Below, one piece after another: positions 45,875 to 54,596 of a stretch of DNA of 64,000 bases. The notes below the pieces were generated by a model. The model saw only the letters and a list, made by a program, of their open reading frames with translations. It did no database searches and was not told the origin of the DNA. The stretch is from positions 1 to 64,000 of the IMG/VR virus record IMGVR_UViG_3300028042_000005, one strand, 5' to 3'. The translations under genes and the position numbers were made by a program. The DNA comes from a virus. Numbering within the stretch: the stretch's first letter is position 1; the number at the start of each line of letters is the position of its first letter.

Positions 45875-48817
45875 ATGAGCAACACAGGAAAACCATTCGT
45901 CTCATTTACCAACGGCAAGCTACCTGGAGTCGAGGATCTCAAGGATAGATTCTTTGAGTTCTTGGACGACCAGCAAAAAAGCACCATTGCTAGGGTATAT
46001 AACAGTGAGGGAATTTTTGACTCCGCAATTTCGCTGCTGTCTCCTGGCAATGACCAGATTTCCTTGACTGGTTCGAGTCTGGCGACTGATGGGCTAGGGA
46101 ACGTTCTTGACATCAATGGAGACTTTGCCTATTGCCAGAATGTGCAATTCGAAAACTCCTCTGCTGTGAGTTATGAAGTTACCCTGCATGTTGTTGAGGG
46201 CCCAATGCTTCATAGTTCTGACAACACAATTCTTGTCAATGCAAGAACTGGAGCGCCCGAGTACCTTGGTAGAATGAATTATATTGGGGAGTTAGGCTCT
46301 CCAGACTCTGTGGACATTCTTGGCTCGACGATCACTCTTGTTATCGACAGCTTGTGTGAAGCCGGAGTAAGTCATGCTGGGAGGTATGTCGTCCCGTACA
46401 TGAAGTCTCCGAGTGCTGTGCATTCCGATGTTGGGCTACCTATTCTCCAGGTTCAGTGGGTTTCCGGAGAGAACGTTGTTGTTATTGACACAACGCTTCT
46501 TGGTCAAACCGCCGCTAGCACCGACCCTGCCGATTATGAGGTTATTGTTTTCGGCCCGACTGTCAGAAGGAACTCGACGAATGTTGGTGTTTCTGGGTAC
46601 GTGAATGTCGGAACGGCGCTAGGAACTGGCGCAGGAACAACCCCTAGTGTCTTTGGGATTTCTGGCCAAAGCCCTATCACAATCTCATTGTCAGAGATTA
46701 ACAACGCCTTTGCAAACTTCGTGACAACAGAGACCGCTTCTTCAAGTGGAGCTGGAGGAAAGACCTCTCCAGCAACGGCGTTTGGTTATGGAGGATCGGC
46801 CCAGGTCAATAGCAACATTTACGCGTTCGGTGGCATGTCCGGAGTTTCTCCTGGAATCACGTATTACTCTCACACTTTGAGATACGACACGACAACGGAC
46901 ACGTGGTTCACCCTACCCGCCATGAGCGCTACACTTGCGGGATGCGCCTGTGTGGCTCGTGGGGCGATTATTTATGTTGTGGGCGGTACAGACGGAACCT
47001 CCGTATTCAACACTGTCAGAAGATTCGATACAGTCTCTGAGACGTGGCTATCGAATGCGGCGAGTCTCCCAGACGGAGTAGCTTTTGGAACTTTGCTACT
47101 GTCCGAAGACGGACGCTTTTTGTATCATGTTGGAGGGTCGAGAGACGCGTCCTTTACCCCAACGGACAATGTTCATCGATACGACGAAGCTTCGGACGCC
47201 TGGGATTTGCTTACTCAACTTCCAGCAGAGTTTGTTGCGGTCTCAATTCCTAATGCAACAATTGTTGGTGATGACATTTATGTTATGGGAGGCACCAATA
47301 GGCTAGATTCGCACAATCCACCTCTTGTGAGCATGGTGGTTTCTGTTGATTGCCAGAGGTATAATATAACGTCATCTTCCTGGACTATTCTGCAGGACTC
47401 ACCATATCAAAGCCTTCGAGGGAAGCCTGCGTGTTTTTATGAAAATGGACTTATTCATTTGCTCTGTGGGGACTATTGGCGGTTTACTTTCTCAAACGAG
47501 AGGCCGTATATAGGAACCAAACACACAACGTTTTCAATCCATAGTCAGGATTGGACGGCAATGCCAAGAGGAAAGGCTTCTTGTAGAAGAGGAGTCTCCT
47601 GGGGGCTTGTGGGGGGCGTCTTTTATACGTTTGGTGGATATGATGTTGATGTTAATCCACAAACCCAAGCGTATGCGGTTGACTTGTCTGGAGTGCAAAG
47701 CTCTTCGGGGCCAGGCGCCTGCATTTTGTCTTCAAACCCCAAAATTTCTCTTTTGGGGTTTGGAACAAATTCGTCGTATGGGAATTTGATTAACGCAAGA
47801 ACTAGGTTTGGTGCGGCAAGGTTTGCAGATGGCATCATTATTGTTGGGGGAATCGATAACTCTGGAAACTACATGAGTGAGTGTGAGGTTTATTGGCCCC
47901 AAAGCAACACCTCCCAGCCTCTTTTGGATCTTCCAGCTTCAAGGGCGAAGCATAAAGTTATTGTACTTTCCGACAACAAGGGGGAGGAGATGGCATACGT
48001 TCTTCCTGGGGCAGATGATAGTGCATCGCCGAACCAAATAGATTCGCAAATCTACTCCATTGGTAGTCAGCAGGTCCATCATGGAGGAGTTGGGGTTCCT
48101 TGGGGAGTCAGATCTTCTGGGCCGGTGTTGAGAGATTATAACGTTGGAATAAAAGGTTCTCTTATTTATTTTATTGGCGGAACAAACGCGGCCGGAACTA
48201 ATCAGTCGGCGATTCAGGCGATGGACTTGGATACTGGAGTTGTTCATTCCAACGTTGGTCAATTACCATCTGCCCTGACGGATCTATCTGGATATCAGGT
48301 CGGGGCCTCAGTTTATTTGTTTGGAGCCACTTCCTCAACTAAATGGAAGGTCAATCTGGATATTTTGGACGACAACTCTTCAAACACTGGAGAGGTCGTT
48401 TCTGCGTCTTACAACACGGTTTTGGTGCCAGACTTTCCGGCCATTGATTCATGGGATGGAGGGCTGTTTGTAACAGGATCTTCAGGGCTCGATCGTTATG
48501 TTCAGGCGTTTGGTTATTTTGAATTGGCCGGGTCTGCTCCAGCCGCGAGAACTGGAAATGAAATGTTTTGCTTTGGTGGAGTTGCTTACTCACTTGGAGG
48601 CTCGTCCGACACGCTGTTTAATGACTCTCATAGTGGGATTGCCGCTTGGAATCTGCAAAATGAATGGGCCAGAGAATCCTCCGACCCTGGTCCAATTCAA
48701 AACTTCAAAGCTGGAACTATAGGAACAACCGTCGCTTTCAATGCCGGCGATCCGTTTGGTATTATTAGCTATAGCGCATCTGATGAGTTTACATATGTGT
48801 CAATCGGCGCCGTTTAG
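45875..48817 (+). CDS. Large distal tail fibre / receptor-binding candidate with Kelch-type beta-propeller repeats (980 aa)
   Basis: Repeated blades: IYAFGGMSG, IYVVGGTDG...RFD..SETW, LYHVGGSRD...RYDEASDAW, IYVMGGTN. A second set follows: FYTFGGYD, IIVGGIDN, IYFIGGTN, CFGGVAY. Confidence 0.6.
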   Translation: MSNTGKPFVSFTNGKLPGVEDLKDRFFEFLDDQQKSTIARVYNSEGIFDSAISLLSPGNDQISLTGSSLATDGLGNVLDINGDFAYCQNVQFENSSAVSYEVTLHVVEGPMLHSSDNTILVNARTGAPEYLGRMNYIGELGSPDSVDILGSTITLVIDSLCEAGVSHAGRYVVPYMKSPSAVHSDVGLPILQVQWVSGENVVVIDTTLLGQTAASTDPADYEVIVFGPTVRRNSTNVGVSGYVNVGTALGTGAGTTPSVFGISGQSPITISLSEINNAFANFVTTETASSSGAGGKTSPATAFGYGGSAQVNSNIYAFGGMSGVSPGITYYSHTLRYDTTTDTWFTLPAMSATLAGCACVARGAIIYVVGGTDGTSVFNTVRRFDTVSETWLSNAASLPDGVAFGTLLLSEDGRFLYHVGGSRDASFTPTDNVHRYDEASDAWDLLTQLPAEFVAVSIPNATIVGDDIYVMGGTNRLDSHNPPLVSMVVSVDCQRYNITSSSWTILQDSPYQSLRGKPACFYENGLIHLLCGDYWRFTFSNERPYIGTKHTTFSIHSQDWTAMPRGKASCRRGVSWGLVGGVFYTFGGYDVDVNPQTQAYAVDLSGVQSSSGPGACILSSNPKISLLGFGTNSSYGNLINARTRFGAARFADGIIIVGGIDNSGNYMSECEVYWPQSNTSQPLLDLPASRAKHKVIVLSDNKGEEMAYVLPGADDSASPNQIDSQIYSIGSQQVHHGGVGVPWGVRSSGPVLRDYNVGIKGSLIYFIGGTNAAGTNQSAIQAMDLDTGVVHSNVGQLPSALTDLSGYQVGASVYLFGATSSTKWKVNLDILDDNSSNTGEVVSASYNTVLVPDFPAIDSWDGGLFVTGSSGLDRYVQAFGYFELAGSAPAARTGNEMFCFGGVAYSLGGSSDTLFNDSHSGIAAWNLQNEWARESSDPGPIQNFKAGTIGTTVAFNAGDPFGIISYSASDEFTYVSIGAV

Positions 48818-49273
48818 GCAGCTTTGAAGAACAAACGCCCCAGCTCTCATGGTTTTGACCTGATTTATAGTGACTTCGGGATCGACTGGTGGAGCTGGGG
48901 CCATCAGATTCTCTGGATCCTCAGAGTGCTCTGCGCCAAGTGCGTGAGCGATTTCGTGCGCCAGAATGACGGAGTCTCGTGTGGACTCTCCAACTTTGGT
49001 GCATTTGTCGTACGAGTCCAATCTTCCCAGGTATCCCTCATAAATACCAAAGGACATGGAGACAACTCCTGGAGCTGGGAAGGGAGCTTCTTCGATTGAC
49101 ATCCCGATCAAAAACTCTGCGTCGTCAATAATGTCTTGGTCGCCATCCATTTTGTTTTGAAAGAACACGGAAACGACCTCGGAGTATCCAGGCTCTTCCA
49201 TCGATTCTCCAGCAGACTGATCGCATGCTACGCAGATGGAGAGCGTCGCTAGAGCCAGTAGTTTAGAAACCAT
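48800..49273 (-). CDS. Small lipoprotein metzincin-type zinc metalloprotease (157 aa)
   Basis: Signal MVSKLLALATLSICVAC (lipobox-like). HEIAHALGAEH matches HExxHxxGxxH, with a downstream Met (ENLMAP). It overlaps the 3' end of the fibre gene by 18 bp, convergently. Confidence 0.65.
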   Translation of the reverse strand: MVSKLLALATLSICVACDQSAGESMEEPGYSEVVSVFFQNKMDGDQDIIDDAEFLIGMSIEEAPFPAPGVVSMSFGIYEGYLGRLDSYDKCTKVGESTRDSVILAHEIAHALGAEHSEDPENLMAPAPPVDPEVTINQVKTMRAGAFVLQSCLNGAD

Positions 49274-49313
49274 AACTTATTTTATCAATTCGGGTGAGCG
49301 AAGTCAACAACGT

Positions 49314-50018
49314 ATGGGACCAGAGACTATAGCAATTATCATGACGGCAATCGGAACTGCGGTTGGTGCCGCGACCAAGGTCGTATTGTCTTCGAAAAAG
49401 AAAAAGAAAAAAAGGGAACTTGAGGAGTTCGCAGCAGAAGAGAGAAGAAGTTTAGAGGACGCTTCTGAAGATGACTTTAAAGCGTCTGGCTCTTTGATTG
49501 CGTCTGTGGTCCAACACAATGACGTCGTTCAAGCGATGGTGTCTCAGGCCAATATCTACGAGGCTATGCTTGATTGTATGGATAGCATTGGGGCAGCTAG
49601 AATGATTCTGACACATGCAAATAACTGTGGGGATAGAATTCTGTACACAGCAACAAAACTCTATGCAACGGTATTCGCAGAAGTCAGAGAAAACACTCCT
49701 CCAGTACGTCAATTTTGGAACGGAAGAGAGCTAAACGACCCATTCTATGTTTTAATGCTCAGAGATTTGGTTCGTCATGGGAGTACAACTCTTGTCACGA
49801 AGGATCTTGACGATTATGAGTCGAAGGAATTAAAGGGCTCTTACGAAGTTGGTGGCATTGAAATGTCGGAGATTCAGCTTGTTCACGTCCAGCCTGGAAA
49901 GATTTGGTATCTTAGCGCAGGATTCAAAGATACTCCAAAGACAAACCACAAGACTCACTTGACAGATTGCTCCAGCGTTATTGCTAGAGAATTATCCACA
50001 GTTTTTGATGTGGACTAG
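49314..50018 (+). CDS. Hypothetical membrane-anchored protein (234 aa)
   Basis: N-terminal helix IAIIMTAIGTAVGAATKVVL followed by KKKKKKRE. Confidence 0.5.
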   Translation: MGPETIAIIMTAIGTAVGAATKVVLSSKKKKKKRELEEFAAEERRSLEDASEDDFKASGSLIASVVQHNDVVQAMVSQANIYEAMLDCMDSIGAARMILTHANNCGDRILYTATKLYATVFAEVRENTPPVRQFWNGRELNDPFYVLMLRDLVRHGSTTLVTKDLDDYESKELKGSYEVGGIEMSEIQLVHVQPGKIWYLSAGFKDTPKTNHKTHLTDCSSVIARELSTVFDVD

Positions 50019-50027
50019 AAACAAAGA

Positions 50028-50060
50028 AGCCCCGGGCCTTACGGCTTCGGGGCTTTTTTA
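50028..50060. terminator. Hairpin terminator between convergent genes (possibly bidirectional)
   Basis: AAGCCCCG...CGGGGCTT stem followed by TTTTT, with an A/T-rich tract on the other side. Confidence 0.6.
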
Positions 50061-50063
50061 CGT

Positions 50064-50315
50064 CTAGAATTTAGAGCGTTTTGTTTGAAGGGCTTTTGAG
50101 AAGCGTGCGTTGCACACCTTTGTGTTTTGAGATAGAAGGGTTTGGTCCAAAAGCATTTCAACGAATCCATCAGCTTGTTTCTTTGTCAATGGAGGAAATC
50201 CGGCTGCCCAATGCTCGATTTTTGAAGAGATTGCTGGAGAAAATAGGCCAATCGGTTTGGCGGCAGCAATCGCAAAGGACGCCAACAGGCCATGAAAAAA
50301 GCCTCTGCGATTCAT
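50064..50315 (-). CDS. Small protein with a twin-arginine (Tat) signal peptide (83 aa)
   Basis: MNRRGFFHGLLASFAIAAA matches the S/T-RRxFL-type Tat motif plus an h-region ending AxA. Confidence 0.5.
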   Translation of the reverse strand: MNRRGFFHGLLASFAIAAAKPIGLFSPAISSKIEHWAAGFPPLTKKQADGFVEMLLDQTLLSQNTKVCNARFSKALQTKRSKF

Positions 50316-50404
50316 AGTGCCACCCTTAGCAAGTCACGAGCGATGTACCTTGTGTCAAAGGTTGCAGAGTTCGGAATTTCCAAGAACGTTTTTTCATTCA
50401 TAAC

Positions 50405-50644
50405 TTAGCCCTCTTCGTTCCACTTCTCAGAGACCATCTCAATAGCTGATTTCGGTCGTTCGTTCGTTTGATGAATTTTGACGTTCACAACAACAACGTC
50501 AAAGGAAAGAAATTCTCTCTCCAAAGGATTGCCCTCTCTCCATGACTCATAAGAAGGATACCAAAAATATGGCTCCGAAACTTGCTGCGTTCCACAGTAG
50601 AATGTTTTGTAATTCATAGCTGGAGCCGATTTCTTATCGCTCAT
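50405..50644 (-). CDS. Hypothetical protein (79 aa)
   Basis: Complete ORF in the minus-strand block. Confidence 0.4.
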   Translation of the reverse strand: MSDKKSAPAMNYKTFYCGTQQVSEPYFWYPSYESWREGNPLEREFLSFDVVVVNVKIHQTNERPKSAIEMVSEKWNEEG

Positions 50645-50675
50645 ACTTGTGTCCTATCGGAGGGGATTCTCAAAG

Positions 50676-51629
50676 TCAATCATTTTGGGGCACCCAACCA
50701 AGCTCTTCGTTGGTTTGAGCCGCAAGAGAGCGTAGCCAGAAGATGAGAGTTTGGTGTTCGATTGATCCCGCGAAGCCCTCGTCTTCCGCCAACTGCTTAC
50801 CCTCGTTGCCAAGCCAAGCGCCGATTTTGAGTGTTGTGCAACCAATTCGAACCATGCCCGGGTAACGCATCTCCGCATCATAACGACGGCCTTGGATCCA
50901 TGGCCATCCATTTAGCCATGTGCCATTAGACACTTTAGTCCCGTTGAGACTTGTGTAAATGAGACTTACGCCGCGGAGGTTTATGTCGGTGAGAATTGCT
51001 CCCCGAAGGTCTGCTCCCTGGAGGTCTGCTTCCCAAAGGTTTGCTCCCTGGAGGTTTGCTCCCCGAAGGTCTGCTCCCTGGAGGTCTGCTTCACGGAAGT
51101 CTGATTCACGGAGGTTTGTTTTCCGGAGGTCTGCTTCCCAAAGGTCTGCTCCCTGGAGGTTTGCCCCCTGGAGGTTTGCTCCCCGAAGGTCTGCTCCCCA
51201 AAGGTCTGCTTCACGGAAGTCTGCTTCACGGAAGTCTGCTTCACGGAGGTTTGCTCCCCGGAGGTTTGCTCCCCGGAGGTTTGCTCCCCGGAGGTTTGCT
51301 CCCCGGAGGTTTGCTCCCCGGAGGTTTGCTCCCCGGAGGTCTGCTCCCTGGAGGTCTGCTTCCCAAAGGTTTGCTCCCTGGAGGTTTGCTTCCCAAAGGT
51401 TTGCTCCCTGGAGGTTTGCGTAGCTGAGGTTGGTATTTATGAGTCTCGCTTTTCCAAAATCTGAATTCTTAACGTTTGCGCCACGAAAATTTAGACCGCA
51501 AAGATCCAAGTTGTAAAAATTCATGCCCCTAAGGTTCGCTCCGCAAAAATCCGCTTCGGAACCACCCTCCTCCCCTCCCACAAACTTTTGGTGCAAGAGA
51601 ATTTTTTTCTCTACTTCATCGCGTTCCAT
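50676..51629 (-). CDS. Pentapeptide-repeat protein, paralog 3 (317 aa), highly regular A(N/D)L(R/Q/W)(G/E) array plus the conserved C-terminal domain
   Basis: About 40 consecutive pentapeptides, including 6 identical ANLRG. C-terminus NGTWLNGWPWIQGRRYDAEMRYPGMVRIGCTT...WLRSLAAQTNEELGW. Confidence 0.85.
   Translation of the reverse strand: MERDEVEKKILLHQKFVGGEEGGSEADFCGANLRGMNFYNLDLCGLNFRGANVKNSDFGKARLINTNLSYANLQGANLWEANLQGANLWEADLQGADLRGANLRGANLRGANLRGANLRGANLRGANLREADFREADFREADLWGADLRGANLQGANLQGADLWEADLRKTNLRESDFREADLQGADLRGANLQGANLWEADLQGADLRGAILTDINLRGVSLIYTSLNGTKVSNGTWLNGWPWIQGRRYDAEMRYPGMVRIGCTTLKIGAWLGNEGKQLAEDEGFAGSIEHQTLIFWLRSLAAQTNEELGWVPQND
51244..51333. repeat. Six perfect tandem copies of a 15-bp unit (cggaggtttgctccc) inside a degenerate 15-bp periodic array of about 440 bp
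   Basis: Direct reading of lines 51241-51340. The copies encode ANLRG x6 on the minus strand. Confidence 0.9.
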
Positions 51630-51656
51630 GCAACAAGCCTATCAATCGCAAACGCC

Positions 51657-52514
51657 TTAGTCAAGCTTTTTCTCTGGAGTCCAACCAAGTTCTTCGTCAG
51701 TTTGAGCCGCAAGAGAGCGTAGCCAAAAGACAAGAACTTGATGCTCTGTCGTTCCGAGAAAATTCACTTCCCCAGCTAAAGCCTCTCCTCTCTCCCCCAG
51801 CCAGTCAGAAAGCGGCATTGTCATGCATCCAATGCGGACAAGTCTCGGACTTTTCATTTCAGCACTATACCGAAGGCCAGAGATCCATGGCCACCCCTTA
51901 GCCCAAGTGCCACCTTCCGTTTTTGTGTGGTTCGTGTTGGCTCTTAGGAGGTTTGCTCCTAAGAAAAGGGCACCATGAATGAAGGCTCCTTGAAAAGACG
52001 CGTCTCTGAGATCTGTATCTCTGAAATCTGCGTTCTTGAGAACTGCTTTTTTAAAATCCGCGCCTTGAAGATTTGCCTCCCAAAAGTACGCATCGATCAG
52101 AGATGCGGACTCAAACTCCGCGCGATGAAGGGTTGCCTCTCCGAAACCAGCGTTATGGAGATTTGCGTTATGGAATCTTGCGAACGAACAATTTGACTTT
52201 CGAAACGACACACTTTGAAGATCTGCTCCGCAGAGATTTGCGGCCGTAAGGGTTGCCTCCTGGAAATTAGCTCCCGATAGTTTCGCGTTTTTGAAACTTA
52301 CGCCCCGAAGATTTGCGCCAGAAAAATCTACGCCACGAAGATCCATGTCGGAAAAATCCACACCTTCGAGGTTTTCGCCTCGAAAGTCCGCTTTGGCGCC
52401 GTCACTCTCTCCGTCCATGAGCCTTTGATGGAGATGGGTTTTTTCCAAGACTTTAGTGCGTGGCGTTCTGTGTTCCATAGCAACAAGTCTATCAAGCGTA
52501 GGCGTCTTAGTCAA
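51657..52514 (-). CDS. Pentapeptide-repeat protein, paralog 2 (285 aa) with the conserved C-terminal domain
   Basis: ADFRGENLEGVDFSDMDLRGVDFSGANLRGVSFKNAKLSGANF... C-terminus GGTWAKGWPWISGLRYSAEMKSPRLVRIGCMT...WLRSLAAQTDEELGW. Confidence 0.85.
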   Translation of the reverse strand: MTKTPTLDRLVAMEHRTPRTKVLEKTHLHQRLMDGESDGAKADFRGENLEGVDFSDMDLRGVDFSGANLRGVSFKNAKLSGANFQEATLTAANLCGADLQSVSFRKSNCSFARFHNANLHNAGFGEATLHRAEFESASLIDAYFWEANLQGADFKKAVLKNADFRDTDLRDASFQGAFIHGALFLGANLLRANTNHTKTEGGTWAKGWPWISGLRYSAEMKSPRLVRIGCMTMPLSDWLGERGEALAGEVNFLGTTEHQVLVFWLRSLAAQTDEELGWTPEKKLD

Positions 52515-52527
52515 GGCTTTTCAGATT

Positions 52528-53937
52528 TTATTCCATTCCCTCAATCGCAACATCAATGTTTCTTGACGCCATTTGAATCTTCTCTGTAATGAGTCTGTCG
52601 ATTGGATGCGTTGACGTTAGAGTAACATATCGAACGAAATCTCCCGTCGAGTTCAGTCGGTGACATCTGTCCTCTGCCTGCCTATTCTGTGTGATATCCC
52701 AGTCCAGGTCGACAAAAATAGCGTTACTAAAAGATTGTAGATTCAACCCTGTAGCGCCAGCCTTGATAGTAATTCCGATGCCAGACAATTGCTCTTGGCG
52801 TCTGACAACCTCCTGCCTATCTCTGCTGGGAATACCTCCGTGGATCACCTCCCAGCCCTTTCTTTCCGAAAGCGCCTCAATTGGATCGCGATGAGCTGAA
52901 AACACCAGAGTTCTAATACCCTCTTGTTCATAGAGATCGAGCATCTCCAAAAGAGCTGGAATACGAGCCTGAGCTATTTGCTTTCTACACTTAGCAAACT
53001 CAGAGAAGCCGGGTAAATGCTGGAGGCGAGTCAATTGAGACGCTGTTTGCGCTTCTTTGATTCCATCAACAATTTCGCTTGGAATGCCATCAAGAGAAGC
53101 CTGTGTTTTTGCGTTCAACTTTACGGCGATGGTCTGAAACATTTTCTCTGGAAGATCTTTAGCAACTTCGCATTTTGTTTTTCTGAACACGAACGGCTTT
53201 AGCGCCTCGTGAAACCCTGGCTTTACGATGCCAAACTTCCCAGAGTCTGGCCTGTAGTTTGCCAGTTTTAAAAAGTTCGGGTAACTCTCGAATACATCAT
53301 CCTGAATTCTCATCGTTGAAAGAATTCCGTACAGGTCACCGGGATTGCCTCTAGGCATGGGAGTTCCGGTCAGAGCGATTGTTTTTTTGCACAGAGCGAT
53401 AAGCATCTTCGCCCTTTTTGAGCGTGACGCCTTATTGTTCTTTATGGACTGACACTCATCGAACACAACGGTCGTAACTGCGCCATATTGAGCTTGAGAG
53501 TTCATGTATTTGTTGAATGAAGCCTTGTCCGCCTTGCTCTTTTTCCTGGCTCTCTTGGCTTTTTCGCTTTTGTCGGATGATTTGAATCCACATCTATACG
53601 GCGGCGCTTCTAGCCAATCCGGAAGTTGATTGTACCCAACGATGACTAGCTCCCCAGCAGATGGCCATTTGAATCTAGCCAACCCAAGACCCTCCATGAC
53701 AACGGGAGTTAGATCCGTTCTCCACTTTGGGCACTCGTCTTGCCAAGAGTACTTCAGCCCCGGAGGACATACCACGAGCCCTCTGTCTCCAAGAGTCAGT
53801 AGCGCCGCTCCTGTTTTGCCCAGCCCCATATCCAGAGCTAAAATAGATGCCGTTCTTTTCTTTGCGAAGTTTATCGCTTCCTCTTGATGTTGTCGAGGGG
53901 AATAGAGTTTTTTTGAGTTTTGCATCCGGTCCTTCAA
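52528..53937 (-). CDS. SNF2-family helicase/translocase (469 aa)
   Basis: Motif I LDMGLGKTG, motif II VFDECQSIKN, motif III LTGTPMPRG, C-terminal helicase lobe ...KAGATGLNLQ...DLDWD...QAEDRCHRL. Confidence 0.8.
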   Translation of the reverse strand: MKDRMQNSKKLYSPRQHQEEAINFAKKRTASILALDMGLGKTGAALLTLGDRGLVVCPPGLKYSWQDECPKWRTDLTPVVMEGLGLARFKWPSAGELVIVGYNQLPDWLEAPPYRCGFKSSDKSEKAKRARKKSKADKASFNKYMNSQAQYGAVTTVVFDECQSIKNNKASRSKRAKMLIALCKKTIALTGTPMPRGNPGDLYGILSTMRIQDDVFESYPNFLKLANYRPDSGKFGIVKPGFHEALKPFVFRKTKCEVAKDLPEKMFQTIAVKLNAKTQASLDGIPSEIVDGIKEAQTASQLTRLQHLPGFSEFAKCRKQIAQARIPALLEMLDLYEQEGIRTLVFSAHRDPIEALSERKGWEVIHGGIPSRDRQEVVRRQEQLSGIGITIKAGATGLNLQSFSNAIFVDLDWDITQNRQAEDRCHRLNSTGDFVRYVTLTSTHPIDRLITEKIQMASRNIDVAIEGME

Positions 53938-53939
53938 AA

Positions 53940-54596
53940 TTAGACTTCCACAACTATAGATTCATTCGCTGCTTTATATCGTGAAGTGCAAGATGACGCG
54001 TTCACGTATGTCGTTTTGTTTCTCACGATACGGCCATATCCTTCATGAATGTGGCCAAAGACATGGAGCTTTAAATTCTTTGTTTCAAGATCCAAAGTTC
54101 TTTTGTTTAGGAGTTCGCAGCCTACACTCACATTTGCGTTCCTTCGTGTGTAATCTGGGCATTCGTCAAGAACGCCGTAAGGCGGACCGTGAGTAATCAA
54201 AACATCCGTTTCGTCTGGGATACGCTCCCAGAAGTCTCTAAGCTCAGGACCTCTTCTGGGAAGGTTGAAGGCCCAATTGTGAAACTCTGGTTGCCATGGA
54301 GAACCGTAGAATAGTTTACCGTCTATTGTAACAGAACTGTCTTTTAGATAAGTGATGTTCAGATCGGACACCACCTTTAGCATCCAGCGAGCCGGCTGTT
54401 CCATGCAAAAATCATGATTACCAGCAATCATAATCTTGTGTTTGTGAGGAAGACTTCCTAGCCAAGATGTAAACTCATCAAGATCGACTCTTGATCCTCT
54501 TCTAGAAAAGTCCCCAGCGTGAATAAGAACGTCCCCATCCGGAATGGGAATTTGCTCGTGCAACATGTGGGTGTCTGAGATACAAACAATTTTCAT
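53940..54596 (-). CDS. Calcineurin-like metallophosphoesterase (218 aa), MPPED/239FB-like layout
   Basis: All five metallophosphoesterase motifs are present: SDTH, HAGDF, AGNHD, ITHGPP, FGHIHEGYG. Confidence 0.75.
   Translation of the reverse strand: MKIVCISDTHMLHEQIPIPDGDVLIHAGDFSRRGSRVDLDEFTSWLGSLPHKHKIMIAGNHDFCMEQPARWMLKVVSDLNITYLKDSSVTIDGKLFYGSPWQPEFHNWAFNLPRRGPELRDFWERIPDETDVLITHGPPYGVLDECPDYTRRNANVSVGCELLNKRTLDLETKNLKLHVFGHIHEGYGRIVRNKTTYVNASSCTSRYKAANESIVVEV

Noticed and set aside
40079-48817. Diversity-generating retroelement (template and variable repeat pair plus reverse transcriptase) near the fibre genes
   Set aside because: I saw no reverse-transcriptase motif (YxDD) in any ORF. 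I also saw no near-identical 100-150-bp repeat pair with A-specific mismatches around the fibre genes. An exhaustive self-alignment was not possible by eye.
50959-51427. + strand ORFs encoding SAPRRFAPRR... and GLLPGGLLP... repeats
   Set aside because: These are antisense or alternate-frame shadows of the 15-bp periodic pentapeptide array. The minus-strand frame gives a canonical pentapeptide-repeat protein with conserved termini.
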